Assembly: GCF_006345805.1 (NCBI RefSeq) | Contig: NC_043003.1 | Span: 60,760,001 to 60,824,000 of the forward strand | Length of the DNA stretch: 64,000 nt | Direction: 5' to 3' | DNA from: Octopus sinensis | Taxonomy: Eukaryota | Shown: positions 60,290 through 64,000 of the stretch, piece after piece | Numbering within the stretch: position 1 is the first letter of the stretch | How the letters are laid out: every line of letters begins with the position of its first letter | Notes under the pieces: model-generated | Database searches by the model: none | What the model was told of the DNA's origin: nothing | The model's input: only the letters and a program-made list of their open reading frames with translations | Position numbers and translations under genes: made by a program

Positions 60290-60714
60290 TGTTATATTTA
60301 GGATGGTCATTTTAAAAATATATATTTTTTTTTTTTTTGTCAGTAAACACTCGAACTATATATTCGTTCTTCACTCGTTATTACTGTTCTTAATCTAACT
60401 CATCTCCATTGTCCAGAGATCTTTTGCCACACATCTGTGACCTCGTTAGAGACACTTCCTGTTTTTCATGTATCCTATTTCTCCGCTTAGTCTATTCTGT
60501 GGACTATGACAGAATGGCAAAGCTGAGCAAGAAGGATACGCAAGGACGGAAAGTGTCATTGAAGAGGTCACAGATGTGTGGCGAAAGATTTCCGGATAAT
60601 GGACATCATTTGAAATAAAAAAAAACAGTAATAAACGAGTGAAGTACGGAATATATAGTGCGTGTGTTTATTTGGCAAAAAATAATTAAAAAATGACCAT
60701 CCCGAAATATAACA
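60290..60714. mobile_element. Long-TIR MITE with TGT...ACA termini (Ginger-like)
   Basis: Inverted arms of ~160-170 bp, e.g. TGTTATATTTAGGATGGTCATTTT / AAAATGACCATCCCGAAATATAACA and CCACACATCTGTGACCTC / GAGGTCACAGATGTGTGG. 4-bp flanks ACAT / ATAT. Confidence 0.65.
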
Positions 60715-61076
60715 ATATCTGTTTGAACCGATGGTTTCACATCAGGAATCTTCCAATGCAAATTGATAATCGTAATTTTAAATATTATTAACTGTGAAAC
60801 GATGCCAAGAACAGCTGTTTTATATTTCTTTTACTTTGCTTCGGTCATTTGGTTGAGGCCATGCTGGGGCAGTGCTTTGAAGAGCTTTAATCGATCAAAT
60901 CGACCCCAGTGCTTACTTCTTAAGTCTGGTACTTATTTTATCGTTCTTTTTTGCCGAACCGCTGCTACAGGGACATAAGCGAACCAAAAACACACACGTA
61001 CACACGCTCGCGCGCACATACACACACAAAAACATAGATGTGTACACACACACACACACTACACATACACACAGGG

Positions 61077-61457
61077 GTAGGCATGGCTGTGTGGTAAGAA
61101 GCTTGCTTCCCAACCACACGGTTCCGGGTTCAGTCCTACTGCGTGGCATCTTGGGCAAGTGTCTTCTACTATAGTCTCGAACCGACCAAAGCCTTGTGAG
61201 TGGATTTGACAAACGGAAACTGAAAGAAGCCCGTCGTATACGTGTATGTGTGTGTGTGGTGTGTTTATGTGTGTGTGTATGTATGTATTTATGTGTGTGT
61301 GTTTATCGCTTGACAACCGATGTTGGTGGGTCTATGTACTCGATAGAATAAGCACCAGGCTTACGGAGAATAAGTCCAGGCGTCGATATCTCCGACAAAG
61401 CGGTGCTCCAGCATGGCCACAGTTAATTGACTGAAACAAGTAAAAGAATAAAAGAAT
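61077..61457 (+). mobile_element. SINE family A; partial minus copies at 60825-60990 and 63160-63375
   Basis: Family consensus. Confidence 0.85.
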
Positions 61458-61849
61458 ATGCGCATACATACGTACATACTTACATACACGTCGACACATC
61501 TCTTTCATTCTCTCTTTTTCTCTCTATGGCTCTGTCTGTCTGACTCTCTCTTTCTCCTCCTCTCTCCCCCTTGTTTATCTCTACTTTTCCCTCTCCCTAC
61601 ATCTCCCCTCTTTCAATGCCTTATTATGAGAATGCCGTGGTAAATCACTCACTCGGAATGTCTACGATGACAGAAAGGGCAGGAATTCCAACAGATTATA
61701 ATTGCAAAAATCTCCACCAACGGGAAGAAGCTGTTGCAGACGATGTTGAATCGTTGCAGTGGATAAATGTTACCGCCATCTTCGTCGTCGTCGGAGTTAT
61801 TTTTGTAAATGACATCGAGATGAAAAGATTGAGAAACGGAGAAACGGGA

Positions 61850-62335
61850 TACAGACGATGATGGTGGGGTGGTGGTATGTAGATGATGATGATGGTGGTG
61901 TTGGTGGTGGTGTTGGTGGTTGTGGTGGTGTACATGATGACGATGATGTTGATAGTGGTGGTGGTGGTGGTGGTGGTGGTAGTGGTAGTGTTGATATGTA
62001 TATGATGATGATGATGGTGGCATTGGTGGTGGTGGTGGTGGTGAGGATGTAGATGATGGTGGTGGTAGTATGTTGGTGATGAGGATGGTAAAGATGATGA
62101 GGATGATGATGGTGATGGAGTTGGTGGTGCTGATGGTGATGGTGGTGGTGGTGGTGGTGGTGATGGTGGTGATAGTGACGATGACTTTGGGGGCTCTGGC
62201 GGTAGTAGTGATGATGATGATAACAATGACGATCATGGCATCTATGGTTGCAGAGATGAGGAGGAGGCGGACGAAGAGGAGGAGGAGGAGGATGGCCATC
62301 ATCATTATCACCATCATGACTATAACATCATCAAC
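61850..62335. repeat. Compound (GGT/GAT/GAG)n trinucleotide low-complexity tract
   Basis: Direct inspection; similar tracts at 5481-5566, 49770-49858 and 56355-56487. Confidence 0.9.
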
Positions 62336-62381
62336 AGCAACACTAATCCACTCTATCTATAATACCAGGTTCTGTTATATT

Positions 62382-62598
62382 TGACGGCGTGATGAAAGGT
62401 TCCTAGCTTTGGGCAAAAGAAAGCACAGAAGGATCAGTTAATTATGATTTTATTCAATGTATTCCCTCTCAGATTCGCACACTTATTGACAATGGTCCTT
62501 CAGTTTTTCTAAGTCCTGTAGAAGAATTCGGAAGGCTGGGTCTCCAACCAGGCCTTTCGTGACACCCTTAAATCCAGGAACTTTTCAGCACTCCCTCG
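62382..62598. mobile_element. Mariner-like MITE
   Basis: Degenerate TIRs GTGATGAAAGGTTCCTAG / CCAGGAACTTTTCAGCACTCCCTCG, followed by TA. Confidence 0.6.
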
Positions 62599-62765
62599 TA
62601 AGGTATCAGTGAGACGGTTGAATATATCATTTATAATATTAAAGAGAAAAAATGTTAATTCATTTCTTAATTCAATTGAATTATGCATGGATATATGATA
62701 ATTTAATGTAATACAGTAAGAAAAAGAAATCAGGTCGAAATAGTATAAAAAATCTTATAAAAATA

Positions 62766-63066
62766 TAAGTACACCTCGATTTACAGGTCGTAAGTCGATC
62801 TGGTCGTATGTCGAATTTATAGTTTCCAACGTCATTTTCATTCAAACGCAACTGATGCTTCAAGGCGACCGAGTGAGAGGCAGCGGCAGGCAGTGGATGT
62901 CTGGGTCTGAGGGAGGCCTACGTTGCCCGATGCTGCAATAGCTATCGCATGCGCAACTGCACAACATCCCCAAACTGATCATTTCTTTCTTACTTTCTTT
63001 ATTTATATTTTATGTTCGTAAGTGCGGATGGTCGGTCGTAAGTCGCATAAGTCGAGGAGAAGTTTA
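62766..63066. mobile_element. Pogo/Tigger-like MITE, decayed
   Basis: CCTCGATTTAC...GTCGTAAGTCG...TAAGTCGAGG terminal motifs. Confidence 0.45.
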
Positions 63067-63444
63067 CTAGAATAACTAAAGTGATAAAGCAACACAAATT
63101 GCTGTTTCCTGCATAACGAGTCTAAGGGAGATAATTCAGTTACCATATCATAATCGTATTTCTTTTAGTCATTGGACTGCGCCCATTGTGGGGCACACGC
63201 AATATTGCGTGGGTCTTCGTCTAACTAATTGACCCCAGTATTGATTTTTCAAAAGTCTGTTATTTATTCTATCCATCTTTTTTCTTTTTTTTTTGCCAAA
63301 CCGCTAAGGAGACGTAAACAAACCAGCACCGGTTGTTAAGTGGTGTGTTGGGGAACAAACACCGACACATACACACACACACATCTATATGTCTATTTCT
63401 CTCTCTCTCTCTCTCTCTCTCTATTAATATATATATATATATAG

Positions 63445-64000
63445 ATATTTCCCTCACTTACCACCCCCCACGTCCCTACCTCTCCAACGCACCATTCTTC
63501 GAGCTTTCCGGCATCTCCAGTCCGCCCGTCCCCTCACACCTCGTCCCTAACCGACCCCTCCCCTCCTTCAAACGAGCCCATAACTACGAGAACCTTTTGG
63601 TCCAGCTCCTTCCTGACCTACCTCCCAACCTGGCTCGTTCCCCTGCTCCCGCCCACGTTGGCCACACTTGCCCTTACCTCTCCAACACCACCCCTCCTCA
63701 CTGGCACCCATCATCGACCCTATCGCATCATCAACTCCTTCACTCACCTCCAGTAATATCTATTGCATCTCTTGCTCTCTCTGCCATTCCCTGTACAGTC
63801 GGACAAACGGACGCCGCTTGGCTGACCGTTCGCGGAACATCTCCTTTCCAACGACACACCGGTCCACGCCATTTCCGCTCCATCCACGGCAACTCCTTGC
63901 AACACCTGTCTGGTTCGGTTTGTCCTGCCCAGAGGCCATCCGGATTCCCGTTTGCGCGTGAACAGGGATTAATCTCTCTTTTCGCTCTTTTACGCCCATT
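63445..64000 (+). mobile_element. Degenerate Penelope-like linker + GIY-YIG endonuclease, runs off window
   Basis: C-rich; frameshifted YHP..LQRTILRAFRHLQ...PLPSFKRAHN...PGSFPCSRPR..TCPY...SSNIYCISCSLC..LY.GQT.RRLADR.AEHL...HFRS...RLRREQGLI. Confidence 0.75.

Noticed and set aside
61649-62384. Long His/Pro/Thr/Gly-rich ORFs on both strands
   Set aside because: A trinucleotide low-complexity tract is open in many frames; no splice context or domain.

Overview
Eukaryotic, AT-rich, microsatellite- and retroposon-dense DNA. The SINE and LINE repertoire looks like an octopus or other coleoid cephalopod; this is from recall, not a database search. One protein-coding gene can be reconstructed: a minus-strand PLP-dependent fold-type II threonine/serine ammonia-lyase (TdcB/serine-racemase family). 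It has nine phase-compatible GT-AG coding exons between 38518 and 5620 (1040 nt, 346 codons) and its 3' exons appear to lie left of the window. Almost all other ORFs in the track are microsatellite or SINE artefacts. The rest of the window is repeats: about 25 copies of a tRNA-headed SINE with an internal microsatellite, four other SINE families, and CR1-, Tx1-, R4/Dong-, HERO- and RTE-like LINE remnants. There are also Penelope-like GIY-YIG remnants and hAT, mariner, pogo and Ginger-like MITEs. The most interesting signal is a set of small non-coding, fold-back insertions carrying minimal type I hammerhead ribozyme motifs. One near-perfect hammerhead (50200-50244, minus) sits in a ~350-nt tandem monomer with a target-site duplication, resembling a retrozyme. 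Another has a compensatory G3-C8 core swap (1967-2017), and two more are U6 variants. Ribozyme activity is inferred from motif and pairing only.
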